Assembly (NCBI GenBank): GCA_965263355.1
Contig: CBDHHL010000025.1
Location: forward strand, 64,001 to 128,000
Direction of reading: 5' to 3'
Length of the DNA: 64,000 nt
DNA from: Leptolyngbyaceae cyanobacterium
Lineage (GTDB): Bacteria; Cyanobacteriota; Cyanobacteriia; Phormidesmidales; Phormidesmidaceae
In this document: positions 33,830 to 44,692 of the stretch, piece after piece
Layout of the letters: each line of letters begins with the position of its first letter
How positions within the stretch are numbered: the stretch's first letter is position 1
The notes under the pieces: model-generated
The model's database searches: none
Told to the model about the DNA's origin: nothing
What the model saw: only the letters and a program-made list of their open reading frames with translations
Translations under genes and position numbers: made by a program

Positions 33830-34027
33830 TTAACGATGTGTAATTTTTGTCTTAATTGTCTCAAACAGCGTAGAAAACCAAACTCTAAGTCGACTCACGA
33901 TAGTTTTTTTTGCATTAAGCTTTCTAGCTTCACGATCTGCATCGATCTGCCGCATGCGCACAGTCCAGGCCTCCCGATCCAGACGCATCGCGTCAATTTT
34001 CTGACGCATATCACTAAGATTAGTCAT
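33830..34027 (-). CDS. Small hypothetical protein
   Basis: AGGAGG RBS upstream; 65 aa. Confidence 0.45.
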   Translation of the reverse strand: MTNLSDMRQKIDAMRLDREAWTVRMRQIDADREARKLNAKKTIVSRLRVWFSTLFETIKTKITHR

Positions 34028-34083
34028 CGAGCCTCCTAAGAGTGAGTCTTAAAAAGAGAATTTTATGTTAGTCTGTGCTGTTA

Positions 34084-34428
34084 TTACGACGCGACAGCAA
34101 ACTCTGTATATTGCCTCATCTTAGGCTCATGGAATGCTAGTACGATATCCTCTTTGGGAACCCCTTCACGAATTAGATCAGTTGCAATACCGTTTTCTGT
34201 CCAGTCTTCTTCGATCCAAAATTTATCCCTCTGAATTCGGACATAGACTGTCATCCCACTAACACGTTCTTTGTTCTGCCATCCAAGATTCATCCAAATA
34301 TAGTGAGATTTTTCCTCATCTACAACCAAAAATGTTTCAATATCTAGGTTAGAATTACGATTACTCAGCTCTACGTATTCAGTCAAAATACGCTTAATTA
34401 ACTTTGGATACTCAGTTAGTTTATCCAT
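34084..34428 (-). CDS. xisI: XisI family protein
   Basis: MDKL..GW..KFWIEEDWTENGIA..GVPKEDIVLAFH. Confidence 0.92.
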   Translation of the reverse strand: MDKLTEYPKLIKRILTEYVELSNRNSNLDIETFLVVDEEKSHYIWMNLGWQNKERVSGMTVYVRIQRDKFWIEEDWTENGIATDLIREGVPKEDIVLAFHEPKMRQYTEFAVAS

Positions 34429-34832
34429 TGCAAAATCTCCTCTGTCTCTATGTCTACAACAATAATTGGAAGTTGATGTTTATTGAGAATGAGTTGAGCC
34501 ACATCCTGAGTAAAAAAGGTATTGTACACAACATTACTGATAGCGACGTATAACTTACGGTCTGGCGCTACTTCCTCTAGCAAATAGCGATAGATGTCAT
34601 ACTGGCCAAGAGCTTCTTTAAAGTCTTGAATCTTGGATGCTCCAATAAAGCTTTTTACCTCCACAACTAGCTTCTGTCCATTTCGCTCAACCGCAATCGG
34701 ACGTTCAGCACCAAGATCAGCGTATAGCACCGTTTTTCGATACTGAATGACGTAGGGGTCATCTGTAATTAACCAGCCATCCTTAATCAAGGCATTTTTT
34801 ACAGAATTGTGAATAATGTCTAACCTAGGCAT
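34416..34832 (-). CDS. xisH: XisH family (PD-(D/E)XK) protein
   Basis: HNSVKNALIKDGWLITDDP..DLGAE..VEVKSF..ALGQY. Confidence 0.93.
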   Translation of the reverse strand: MPRLDIIHNSVKNALIKDGWLITDDPYVIQYRKTVLYADLGAERPIAVERNGQKLVVEVKSFIGASKIQDFKEALGQYDIYRYLLEEVAPDRKLYVAISNVVYNTFFTQDVAQLILNKHQLPIIVVDIETEEILQWIN

Positions 34833-35307
34833 AGGTCAATTATAGGTCATCTAACTATTGACCAGACTATAACTCCTCGCTAGTTTGCAAAGCATCATGT
34901 CTAGCAATACTTTTAAGCTCACTTTGTTCTAACTGCTAGTGGATGGGGGCAGGTTATTATGCTCTGCCAATAACCGAGCGGGCTAACGTAGAGCTGAGCA
35001 GTAGCCAATATTTTATATCGATGCCTGGATTGTAAATTCCATCCGATCCTGCATAGGGTTAGATGGAAGGGTATTTGCCGTGCCCGCATCAGGGCCTATA
35101 GTTAGGCTGAGATCGCCTGTTTTAAGAACTTATAAGCATGGTGCGGACCCTAAAATTTGTCGGTGGCAGATTAGAAGTTGCGGCAGGGGCCGAAACCTAC
35201 AGCCTGCTTTTATCTGTCCGCTGCCGTGTGAGGCGTGTTAGCTGGCGCGGTAATATGCAAGCCTAAATACTTCTGCACTAAATACTGAATGGAGTACGCA
35301 GGAAGAT

Positions 35308-35616
35308 CTACCTCATCAAAGTCTTGGCCATGTGATAGTTTGTCTCGCATTTTTTTTGCCTCTTCAAACGAGAAAATATCTTGATCTGCTTTTTCATTTG
35401 GTCATCTAGTACACGAAGTGAGATAGCTATTTCCAATAGCAGTCGGCTTATTTCACGGAAAAAATAGTTATCCTTAAGCCTCGCAATAGCGTCATCTCTT
35501 GTGTCAGGATCGGTGTGCCTTGCTATTTCCTTATTTGCATAAAAATGGCAGATAAGCCTATAGGTATTGAGCTTGATGGCTTCCCTGTCTAATACGTAAC
35601 TTGAAGGTAGTCGCAT
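35308..35616 (-). CDS. Hypothetical protein, possibly truncated cassette gene
   Basis: ORF track; GTTAGCT core-like site ~20 nt upstream. Confidence 0.4.
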   Translation of the reverse strand: MRLPSSYVLDREAIKLNTYRLICHFYANKEIARHTDPDTRDDAIARLKDNYFFREISRLLLEIAISLRVLDDQMKKQIKIFSRLKRQKKCETNYHMAKTLMR

Positions 35617-35786
35617 AACTTCTCTTCTGAAAGCTAACTCTTATTAGTTCGATACTGTCAGTCTATCTGCCTGAAACAGGGTGAATATGTTGATTATTCG
35701 CGGTATATTTGCCAAATTTAGCAATTTATACTGCAATTTATCCATATATCCCGCTCATATTGGGTAAATGTATTACAACTTTTACT

Positions 35787-36140
35787 ATAGCTACCGAATT
35801 TTCTCAGTAAGTTTTTCTGATTGCAGGTCAAGATAAACACATTTGTCCTGTGCCTCCTCTACCCAACCGCGAAAGTTACTAGCACATCACCTTTTTGCAT
35901 AATCCAGTCTCCAGCAATAGCCCTCAAGCAACTATGCACCATTGCTAAACATCCACATCCAACTTAGTCATCAAAATCCAACCACAACCTTGACATTGAT
36001 ATCAATGTTAAGGTTTTAAACTAGCAAATAGTATCCCATGTAACAGTTCGGACTATGACTGCCAACACCCTTGCATCGCCGCGTTTCCCCACCTCATTCA
36101 AAGATTTATTCAAACACCATCCCGAAGCAATCACCGCGTC
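35787..36140 (+). pseudogene. Decayed copy A of coaT upstream region, operator and first codons
   Basis: Similar to ~39497-39845; operator at 35986-36015. Confidence 0.9.
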
Positions 36141-36208
36141 ACCGTCTGCTTTCAGCTCTACCCCAAATAACCGCACCCCATGCTTGTAACAAGAACGGTG
36201 TGATTGCT

Positions 36209-36624
36209 CTAAGGCAGACTGGCGATAGAAATCACTTTGATACTGGGGGTACGGTGAATAGATCGCGTCTGTTTTTCAGTGGTAATGAATTCTTGAGAAT
36301 CTGTTGCTACGGCTGCGACAATGTGTAAAGCGTCCATAGCAACCAGACCGAATTGGGAAGCTTCACGATATCCGGCTTCAAGGATTGGCTAATATCAGTC
36401 CCCCAATAACGAACTGCCTGAAAATATGTTTCGTAGAAAGTTACCTCTAAAGTGATCTGATTAAAAATCGCTTTTGGTAATACTTCTAATTTTAGAAACT
36501 GACTAGCAGCAAACTCTCGACTTGTATCTTTAAGAATTTCTAAAGCACTTGTTGCCTCGTCACCAACTCCACGAGCTGCGGCAATTAGAATACCAGTATC
36601 GACAAAAGTACGAATCAGGGGCAT
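36209..36624 (-). pseudogene. PIN-domain toxin, frameshifted
   Basis: FVDTGILIAAARG; the C-terminal half (AMDALHIVAA..FITTEK) is in another frame after ~36385. Confidence 0.8.
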
Positions 36625-36890
36625 TCTTGATATCCACCACGTCGTTCTAAGATGTCTTGTTCGATTTCTTGCTGTGTTAGCAGCGGTGTATCTGACTGGA
36701 CAATTTGATCACGAATAGCCTGTAATTTGGCACCGAGCTCTGTAGGTGGGGGTTGAACTGCCGAAATCGGGGCAGCGCTACGACGCTCCAACAAAAACTG
36801 CATAAAGTCTAGGACTTGCTGCTGAAGGATCTTAGGAAGTTTGCGCCAGGTTTCGAGTAGGTATTGTTCGGTAATCATGGGTTTGGCCAC
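36615..36890 (-). CDS. Probable antitoxin (DUF2281-like)
   Basis: LP..QQQVLDFMQFL; overlaps the PIN start. Confidence 0.65.
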   Translation of the reverse strand: MAKPMITEQYLLETWRKLPKILQQQVLDFMQFLLERRSAAPISAVQPPPTELGAKLQAIRDQIVQSDTPLLTQQEIEQDILERRGGYQECP

Positions 36891-36933
36891 TTGGCTAAGT
36901 CTTAATTATAACGGTAGTTTTATAGAGCATCTT

Positions 36934-37054
36934 TTGATTGAGATTTCCCAAAGGCTAGCGATGCTGAAGTAGAGATTTTGGTTAGGATCTTCCAGAATGT
37001 CTGCGGCCTTTGGGCTAAGCTGATCGCTCGCCTGAATGTACCAAAGAAACGCGA
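36934..37054 (-). pseudogene. VapC/PIN internal fragment
   Basis: AFLWYIQASDQLSPKAADILEDPNQNLYFSIASLWEISIK without start or end. Confidence 0.7.
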
Positions 37055-37069
37055 GGAAGAGGTCATTGG

Positions 37070-37402
37070 TTAGGCAGCCGCAAATTCAGAATTTTCTCGC
37101 ATCAAAGGATGGTGGAAACCCACCACCATTTCTTTTTTAGAGATGCCCATTTCTTCAAAGTTCTTGTCAATTTCAACATCTGTATTATTTTCTTGAACCC
37201 AAATTTTGCCGTCCTTAATGTCAAAATGAAAGACAAAGTGGTTAATGCGGGTTTCTCCATCCCAACCAACTCTCAAAAGCAAGTAGTGATCCCGTTCTGA
37301 GTCAATGACAAGCTGAGTCTCAACCCCTTCTTCTTGCCAGAAATCAACATATTGCTGCAAAAAAATGCGAATACTCTGGCGGTAGTGTTCTAATCTATCC
37401 AT
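37070..37402 (-). CDS. xisI: XisI family protein (second); only the last codons of xisH remain upstream
   Basis: MDRLEHYR..HFDIKDGKIWVQENNT..GFHHP; overlapping KKIQSWID* remnant. Confidence 0.9.
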   Translation of the reverse strand: MDRLEHYRQSIRIFLQQYVDFWQEEGVETQLVIDSERDHYLLLRVGWDGETRINHFVFHFDIKDGKIWVQENNTDVEIDKNFEEMGISKKEMVVGFHHPLMRENSEFAAA

Positions 37403-37714
37403 GATTGAATCTTCTTAGAAGATGGGGACCATAAACGGGCTGCTGAGCCATAAAAAATTAGGGAATCAAAGGACCGCCATTAATTATAGTCATTGCCTCA
37501 AATTCTCCCCAAAATTAAGCGGGCGTTCAAAAATAACATGCCTCTAGCTGGATGATTCGTGTGGATGAGTGGATGGGTGAATGCGCCTTTCCCATCTACC
37601 CATCTACCTCAACCCAATCAAAAATGGCCCATTCTGTAGGGGCACTCCCTTGTGGATGCCCCTCGATACCGAGTTCTATCAGCCAGGATTTTCTATTCTG
37701 AGCCAGTTGTCCCA

Positions 37715-38163
37715 ATCCAACTTAGTCATCAAAATCTAACAGCAACCTTGACATTGACATCAATGTTAAGGTTTTAGGCTGGAATAAGTATCCTATTTTA
37801 CAGATCAGATTATGGCTGCCAACACCCTTGCATCGCCGCGTTTCTCCGCTCCATTCAAGGATTTATTCAAACACCATCCCGAAGCAGTCGCCGCGATCTC
37901 TACTCCATCCTGGTATTGCTAGGCTGGCAGTCCCTCAACCTTGGCTGGGTCGGCGGGGCCTTTTTATCCTGACCGCCGCTTACGTCATTGGCGGATTCGA
38001 CAGCACCGTGACGGACTCACAACGGAAGGCTACGCCATGCAGCACACCGAGCGCAGCATCCAGGGGTTGTGATGGGCTTAGCGGCAGATACCGCCCGACG
38101 CCTGAACCACTGGCAGGAGCGCACTATCCCCATTGCTCGTCTTAAAGTGGGCGATCTCATCTT
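37715..38163 (+). pseudogene. Decayed copy B of coaT promoter and 5' coding region with internal deletions
   Basis: Matches ~39666-39975 and ~40125-40260; operator at 37744-37773. Confidence 0.92.
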
Positions 38164-38177
38164 TTACAGTCAGCTGT

Positions 38178-38260
38178 CGCTAACGGTTTGCTTGTGCTGC
38201 TGCAAATATCCTACGCGATGTACCAAAGTTTCAGGCAGTCCGATCCAAGCAATGTTAGTC
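38178..38260 (-). other. attC-like recombination site downstream of the EAL gene
   Basis: Minus strand GACTAAC-ATTGCTTG...CAAGCAAACC-GTTAGCG imperfect hairpin, 83 bp. Confidence 0.5.
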
Positions 38261-38306
38261 TATGCATTCTCATAGCCAAATCAAATCACCATAGCAAAAT
38301 GATTTT

Positions 38307-39359
38307 CTATTTTGCCCGACCTGTCGCTGACGGTCGGGCAAAATAGAAACCCTGTACATAATCAGCACCGTTTGCTCGGAGCCACTGATATTCACCATCA
38401 GTCTCCACTCCTTCACAGACCACTTGGACGCCAACACGTTTAGCAGCGTCAATAAGTGCTTTGGTATATGAAGCTTTGAAGGAATCAGTGTCAACGTCGC
38501 GTATTAATTCCATATCAATTTTTACGTAGCTTGGCTTTAGTTGAGTGATCAAAGTCAAACTTGAATATCCTGCGCCAAGATCATCCAAAACGATATTAAA
38601 CCCACGCATTTTATAGAAATTGCACAATGTGACTAAATCTGCAACGTCGGCGATCTTTTCTGTTTCCACAATTTCGAAGCACACTCGCTCTGGTTGAATC
38701 TGATTCTTTTCGAGTAGAGCAATAGTTGTCGCTAAGCAGTTTACTGGATCGTAGATTGCTGTCGGCGCAAAATTGATGAATAGTTTTCCTCTAATATGAG
38801 ATCGCACTGCACACTCAATTGCTGATTGCCGGGCAGCTAGATCGATTTTTGGGGTGATTTCAGCAGATTTTGCAGTCTCAAATATATCACCAGGGGGAAT
38901 CAAACTCTTGCCACGAAGCCCACGAAATAAACATTCGTGTCCAAGAACATCATCCGGACGCATACAGTCAACTATTGGCTGAAAATAGGTGGTGTAAGAT
39001 TTCGACTCGATCAATTCATAGAGCCATTGCGACTGAATGAGAGCGACAAATGTACTCAGTGGCCGAACTTCAAAAACATCCGCGAATACTGACTCTCGAT
39101 CTTTTTCTTCAAAATATGCCTTAATGCCATTAGCTTCGATTCTTGTAAAAGGACTGTCAAGTAAATCCACTATCGAGAGTAGGCCATCTTCTTGTACCTC
39201 TATCGCGATTAAATCGCTTTTTTCGGCAAGTTCTATGTTTGCAGAGTTTAGGAAAGATAATGCCTTTGCTTTTGTGTGCAACGTGGGAAATTTGAGGTGT
39301 AGCGTGCCAGAACCTTTCGGGATTTGTATACTATCGCCGCAACCAGAACAATTGCTCAT
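38307..39359 (-). CDS. EAL-domain c-di-GMP phosphodiesterase
   Basis: FQPIV, ECL, LFINF, FEIVETE, DDLGAGYSSL, VKID, EGVET, VQGFYF; start taken at MSNCSGC. Confidence 0.92.
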   Translation of the reverse strand: MSNCSGCGDSIQIPKGSGTLHLKFPTLHTKAKALSFLNSANIELAEKSDLIAIEVQEDGLLSIVDLLDSPFTRIEANGIKAYFEEKDRESVFADVFEVRPLSTFVALIQSQWLYELIESKSYTTYFQPIVDCMRPDDVLGHECLFRGLRGKSLIPPGDIFETAKSAEITPKIDLAARQSAIECAVRSHIRGKLFINFAPTAIYDPVNCLATTIALLEKNQIQPERVCFEIVETEKIADVADLVTLCNFYKMRGFNIVLDDLGAGYSSLTLITQLKPSYVKIDMELIRDVDTDSFKASYTKALIDAAKRVGVQVVCEGVETDGEYQWLRANGADYVQGFYFARPSATGRAK

Positions 39360-39694
39360 CGCTTCTTCACTCAATAACTTCCTCGTCGTAATGGAACATA
39401 GCCATAGGTTCCACACCTCTACTACCGTAAATTACTAGTAACCACCAAATGCTCCAGCTTAAAGCTATATCACTTTGCGATACTGGTAAATACGACATAG
39501 CTGCCGAATTTTCTCAGTAAGTTTTTCTGATTGCAGGTCAAGATAAACACATTTGTCCTGCGCCTACTCTACCCAACCGCGAAAATTACTAGCGCGTCAC
39601 TTCTTACATAATCCAGTCTCCAGCAATGGCCCTCAGGTAATTATGGGCGATTGTTGAGCATCGACATCCAGCTTAGTCATCAAAATCCAACAGC

Positions 39695-39731
39695 AACCTT
39701 GACATTGACATCAATGTTAAGGTTTTAGGCT
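39695..39731 (+). promoter_or_regulatory. MerR/CoaR-type operator-promoter
   Basis: 12-6-12 inverted repeat AACCTTGACATT-N6-AATGTTAAGGTT overlapping TTGACA, with an over-long (~21 bp) spacer to TAGGCT. Confidence 0.85.
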
Positions 39732-39762
39732 GGAATAAGTATCCTATTTTACAGATCAGATT

Positions 39763-41706
39763 ATGGCTGCCAACACCCTTGCATCGCCGCGATTCTCCGC
39801 TCCATTCAAGGATTTATTCAAGCACCATCCCGAGGCAGTCGCTGCGATCGCATGTGCAATCCTGGTCTTACTCGGTTGGCAGTCCCTCAACTTTGGCTGG
39901 GTGGGCGGGGGCCTTTTTATTCTGACCGCAGCCTACGTCATTGGCGGATTCGACAGCGCCCGTGACGGACTCACCACCCTGCTACAAGAAAAAGAGCTGG
40001 ACGTTGATTTGCTCATGATCGTAGCCGCTCTAGGCGCTGCCAGTTTGGGGCTATGGCGGCAAGAATACTACCTGATCGTCGATGGCGCGGTCCTGATCTT
40101 GATCTTTGCCATCAGTGGCGCGTTAGAAGGCTATGCAATGCAGCGCACCGAGCGTAGTATCCAGGGGCTGATGGGCTTAACGGCAGATACCGCCCGACTG
40201 CTTCACCACGGGCAAGAGCGCACTGTCCCCATTGCCCGTCTTAAAGTGGGCGATCTCATTTTGGTTAAACCGGGAGAACTGGTGCCCACCGATGGCATCG
40301 TGGTAGACGGCGTGAGTATCCTCAACCAGGCCTCGATTACGGGAGAATCTGTGCCCGTGGAGAAAACCATTGGGGATGAAGTCTTTGCGGGTACGCTAAA
40401 TGGCCACGGAGTCCTGCAGATCAAGCTGCATCAACCACCAGAAAGTAGCTTAATTCAGCGGGTAATCCGGCTGGTGCAACAGGCCCAGACAGAAGCACCG
40501 CCCTCCCAACAATTTATCGAACGGTTTGAGCGGGGCTACGCCAAAGTAATTGTCATCGGCGGAATGCTACTGGGCATACTACCGCCTTTCCTCCTGGGCT
40601 GGACCTGGGAAGCAACAATTTATCGAGCCCTGATTTTTCTGGTGGTGGCCTCCCCCTGCGCTCTGATGGCCTCGATTATGCCCACACTGTTATCGGGCAT
40701 TGCCAACGGAGCCCGCCGAGGCATATTGTTCAAAAACGGGGCACAGTTAGAACAGATTGGACGTGTGCGTGCGATCGCATTTGATAAAACCGGCACCCTG
40801 ACCACAGGTAACCTTCAGCTTGTGAACCTGCTGGCAGCTCAGCCCGACTCCACCCCACTCCTACAGGTAGCCGCCGCGCTGGAGAGTCTATCGGAACATC
40901 CCATCGGAGAAGCCATTGTGCAGGCAGCTCGCCAGCAAAACCTAACCTGGACAACGGCCACCAACGGCCAGGCCCAGGCCGGACAGGGCATCACCGCCGA
41001 TCTGGAGGGGCAGAGCGCCGTCGTGGGTAAAGCGGACTTTGTTCGCACCCAGGTAAAGAACATCTCTCCCCATTGGCAAGAACAAAGCCAGCAGTGGGAA
41101 TCGGAGGGCAAAACGGTGGTCTGGGTCGCCCTGGCGGGACACATGTTGGGACTGATTGCCGTAGCTGACATGGTTCGACCTGCTGCTGCTCAGGCTGTGG
41201 CCCGACTCAAACAGTTGGGTGTAGAGCATGTGGTCATGCTAACGGGGGACAATCTCCGCACCGCCAACAGCATCGCTGAGCATGTGGGTGTAGATCAAGT
41301 TTATGCAGAACTGTTACCCGAAGATAAAGTTGACGTGATTCGTAAACTTCAGCAGCAGTATCAGACCGTTGCCATGGTTGGAGATGGCATCAATGATGCC
41401 CCAGCCCTGGCCCAGGCCACCGTTGGCATTGCCATGGGGGCAGCGGGTAGCGATGTAGCGCTAGAAACCGCTGATATTGTATTGATGGGCGATCGTCTGG
41501 AGCGGTTAGAACACGCGATCCGTTTAGGTCGTCGCGCTCAGAGCATCGTGAAGCAAAATATTGTCGTTGCCCTGAGTTTTGTAATGGTGTTGTTAATCCT
41601 AAATTTTGCAGGCAATATCACACTGCCGTTTGGTGTGCTAGGGCATGAAGGCTCCACAGTACTCGTCACCCTGAGTGGATTGCGGTTGTTGATAGGTGAT
41701 AAATAG
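39763..41706 (+). CDS. coaT: P1B-4 heavy-metal (Co2+) exporting ATPase
   Basis: SPC motif (VASPCAL), DKTGT, TGES, SEHP, GDGIND, HEGST; no N-terminal CxxC domain. Confidence 0.88.
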   Translation: MAANTLASPRFSAPFKDLFKHHPEAVAAIACAILVLLGWQSLNFGWVGGGLFILTAAYVIGGFDSARDGLTTLLQEKELDVDLLMIVAALGAASLGLWRQEYYLIVDGAVLILIFAISGALEGYAMQRTERSIQGLMGLTADTARLLHHGQERTVPIARLKVGDLILVKPGELVPTDGIVVDGVSILNQASITGESVPVEKTIGDEVFAGTLNGHGVLQIKLHQPPESSLIQRVIRLVQQAQTEAPPSQQFIERFERGYAKVIVIGGMLLGILPPFLLGWTWEATIYRALIFLVVASPCALMASIMPTLLSGIANGARRGILFKNGAQLEQIGRVRAIAFDKTGTLTTGNLQLVNLLAAQPDSTPLLQVAAALESLSEHPIGEAIVQAARQQNLTWTTATNGQAQAGQGITADLEGQSAVVGKADFVRTQVKNISPHWQEQSQQWESEGKTVVWVALAGHMLGLIAVADMVRPAAAQAVARLKQLGVEHVVMLTGDNLRTANSIAEHVGVDQVYAELLPEDKVDVIRKLQQQYQTVAMVGDGINDAPALAQATVGIAMGAAGSDVALETADIVLMGDRLERLEHAIRLGRRAQSIVKQNIVVALSFVMVLLILNFAGNITLPFGVLGHEGSTVLVTLSGLRLLIGDK

Positions 41707-42013
41707 GTTGGCCCAAGCATTTATAAGATGGAGTAATTCTCCAACAACGTTGTGCCAAACAACAACGCGATAACCTGATTAATCGACCCCGCCGTAACCT
41801 CTATATAATGCAATTGAGGACAACCCAGTAGGCTGGGTTCTAGGGTGGCCTTCCGGCCCTAGCCATGGGGAAACCCCAGTTTGCCTAATTGGGATAACGC
41901 GAATACTTCCGGAAAGGGAACTCGGAGGGACCCCAAGCAACCGGTTTTAGTTCCCTTCCAATCATACCAAGCTGGTACTTTCCCACAACACAAGATCATC
42001 GGCAAATACCGCA

Positions 42014-43738
42014 TCAAGACGAACAACTATAATACGACACACCACCAACGTCAGAAAACGCGCTAGGTCTTAGACGATAGTATTTATCTTCTACGTCTTG
42101 TGATTGCTCATCATAGGGATAACTAAATACTGCTTGCAACTCTTTAACTAACCTGTAGTCACCCTGCATGGCTTGTTCATAGGCAGGGACAATCAACCAC
42201 TCTCGCCATGTGTACTTTGGATTGGTCTGTTTCATATTGGTTGATATCTCAGCCAGTGATATCTCAATTGGGCCGTCGTTAATAAGGCCGCGCCAGCTTT
42301 TTAGCCAAGTTTGCCATTGCTCATCAAATTGTTGTGACGTTTTACCATAGAAGCTCTTTTTCAATGGTGAGATATCGTCTGGTATGTGGGATAACTCGCG
42401 GAAGAAAATGGTGTAATCCACATCTGAGTGGGTCATTAACTGCATTAATGTCTTAAACAGCTCCGGGTTAAATTCAGTCAAGCCAAGTTTGGCCGCCCAC
42501 ATTTTTTGGACTTGTTGTTGCATGGCGTCTGCAAAGCCACGGCCTACTTGGTCAAACTGTTCTAACGCAACTGCATCATCTGCCAGTAATGGCCTCACAG
42601 TTTTCCAAAACATATAATAATTCGCGTCTGCTGCAACGGGCTGATTGATGAATGCAAAGTGATGGCCGCCGCCAGTCCAGGGTTGAAACCAAGGGTCAAA
42701 AATTTCACAAAACCCAAAGGGGCCATAGTCGAGGGTAAAGCCACCAGCGGCACAGTTGTCACTATTAAAATTACCCTGGCAATAACCCACACGTAGCCAA
42801 TTGGCCACTAGTGAAATAAGCCGCTGGCGAAAGTGCTTAGCCAACTCAACCAATTGATCTGCAAAACCAAGGGTTTGATCAATGTCGCTTTTGTATTCTC
42901 GCTCAATTAAATGGGACACGATCATGCGCAACTCTTCTGATGCGTTTGGATGAGCATTGTTGCGATCGCGACGGGCAAATAACTCTAGCTGACCAACCCG
43001 CAAAAAGGATGGGGCAACGCGCGTTGAAATGGCCACAGGATTGTCCACCAAAATATCAGGCTCGGTGGAGCAGGAATCTTGAGAATACCAAGGCCGGGTA
43101 ACGGTCTCAGATTTAGACACATACAGTGTCAAGGAGCGCGATGTGGGCACACCTAACGCGTGCATATAGTCTTGCGCTAGAAACTCACGCACACTTGAAC
43201 GGAGTACTGCGCGCCCGTCGGCACCACGGCAATAGGGCGTTGGACCACCCCCTTTCAATTGCATTTCCCAGCGCTGGCCATTGATGATTCCTTCAAATAT
43301 GGATATCGCCCGACCATCGCCATAACCATTGCCCGTACCGAATGGACAATTTTGGATATATTCGGTGCCATAAATCGACAGGGCATACCCCGTCGCCCAG
43401 CCAACCTGACGCATGGGCGCATGGGCGACAGAGAGATCACCAGAAAATAATTGCCGAAATTTTTCATCCAGCGCCAGCTCATCGCTCAACCCAAGTTCCT
43501 TAAAAAAGGTGCTGCTATGGGCTACATAGTCTGGTTCTGGAAGCGGCGTGGGTGTCACAGGTACAAAATGACCGGAAAAAACCTGGCGGGCACGGTGATC
43601 ATCACCATCGACCGTGGCATCAGGATCGGCATTTAAGGTATCCATCAGGGAATAATCCGCCAATCGCACAAACTCATCGAATGTGGTTACGCAGGGCTCA
43701 GCAGATGCCTCTGCTAAGGGTTTAGATGGATATGACAT
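42014..43738 (-). CDS. selO: Protein adenylyltransferase SelO/YdiU family
   Basis: [42 protein letters not shown]-terminal SCSS. Confidence 0.93.
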   Translation of the reverse strand: MSYPSKPLAEASAEPCVTTFDEFVRLADYSLMDTLNADPDATVDGDDHRARQVFSGHFVPVTPTPLPEPDYVAHSSTFFKELGLSDELALDEKFRQLFSGDLSVAHAPMRQVGWATGYALSIYGTEYIQNCPFGTGNGYGDGRAISIFEGIINGQRWEMQLKGGGPTPYCRGADGRAVLRSSVREFLAQDYMHALGVPTSRSLTLYVSKSETVTRPWYSQDSCSTEPDILVDNPVAISTRVAPSFLRVGQLELFARRDRNNAHPNASEELRMIVSHLIEREYKSDIDQTLGFADQLVELAKHFRQRLISLVANWLRVGYCQGNFNSDNCAAGGFTLDYGPFGFCEIFDPWFQPWTGGGHHFAFINQPVAADANYYMFWKTVRPLLADDAVALEQFDQVGRGFADAMQQQVQKMWAAKLGLTEFNPELFKTLMQLMTHSDVDYTIFFRELSHIPDDISPLKKSFYGKTSQQFDEQWQTWLKSWRGLINDGPIEISLAEISTNMKQTNPKYTWREWLIVPAYEQAMQGDYRLVKELQAVFSYPYDEQSQDVEDKYYRLRPSAFSDVGGVSYYSCSS

Positions 43739-43863
43739 TGTTGCGAATGCCCGTATTTCGGGAAAGATGCATGCTTAATTGAGGATCATGTAGAGGCTAA
43801 CATATTCAATGTGGAGCTTTCTAGACTAACAGACTTGTTAGTTCGCTCAATGATGCAGACCTA

Positions 43864-44399
43864 TTACCGTTTGGCTTCCTCAATCAGCTGTGCTACTGCT
43901 TCCAAGGCACTAAATAGTCTGGCTAAATTATCAATTGTTCAATTGTGTAGTTACCGGTGCTTCTGGTGAATGTGTCCATCACCAATCGACCAAACTGCCA
44001 AAGGTTACCATTGGTGACAATACCATAGACTGGGAATGTGGCATCCTCGTTTATTTTCTGGGAAGCTACTAACTCGGCTAAACATTGTCCCCATCCATAC
44101 TCAAAGTCGTTTTTCTTGGCTTCTACGACGACTACAATCGGCGTTTCTAGGACTGTTTTTCCAAGGTTTGAGCGCTTTGAAAAGATGTAATCTGGCGTCC
44201 CTGAAAGTGCGGAATCATAAGAGATACTCTTTTGAATCCAGAAAGAATAATCTTGAGCGTGTTTTTTATACAGCTCGCGCAGTAACGGGTATATAATCAG
44301 CTCGCTGCGCGATGCCTCCGATGTGAAAATATCAATATTCTCTTGGCTAAATCGAAAATCGCTTAGAAAAGCTTCAGAGGGTGATATTTCCGTCACCAC
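43864..44399 (-). pseudogene. Restriction-endonuclease-like (PD..EAKK..QCLAE) protein, frameshifted near the 3' end
   Basis: GTPDY..VEAKK..GWGQCLAE..YGIVTNG; 8-bp duplication ACAATTGA at ~43931-43946. Confidence 0.7.
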
Positions 44400-44692
44400 G
44401 GATTTTCATGTTAGGTAATCCACCCTAAATCTACCCAGGATGTAAAAATAGTTAATGGGTAAAAAGTTTAGCTAGCTTGGGCTTGACTGCCTTCAAGAAA
44501 GTTTACACAGGTCAATTTTTAGGGAATATTGCTGAAAAGTGCAACGTTCTATGAACCCCTATTTGAGCATCAAGTGGTGAGCTACCCCTCCAAATCCCTG
44601 ATTTAATGGTCGTTTTCAGCATCGGTTCCCTGACGAGGGTGCAAATAAGCAGATTTTAGAATTACTTTAATTATGAAAATGCCCCCTAATCC

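Noticed and set aside
34084..37402. Heterocyst fdxN-type excision element
   Set aside because: No XisF recombinase or interrupted nif/fdxN gene; xisH/xisI pairs are widespread on their own
39497..39690. Cobalamin riboswitch or coaR upstream of coaT
   Set aside because: No B12-box motifs and no MerR ORF recognisable; only decayed sequence
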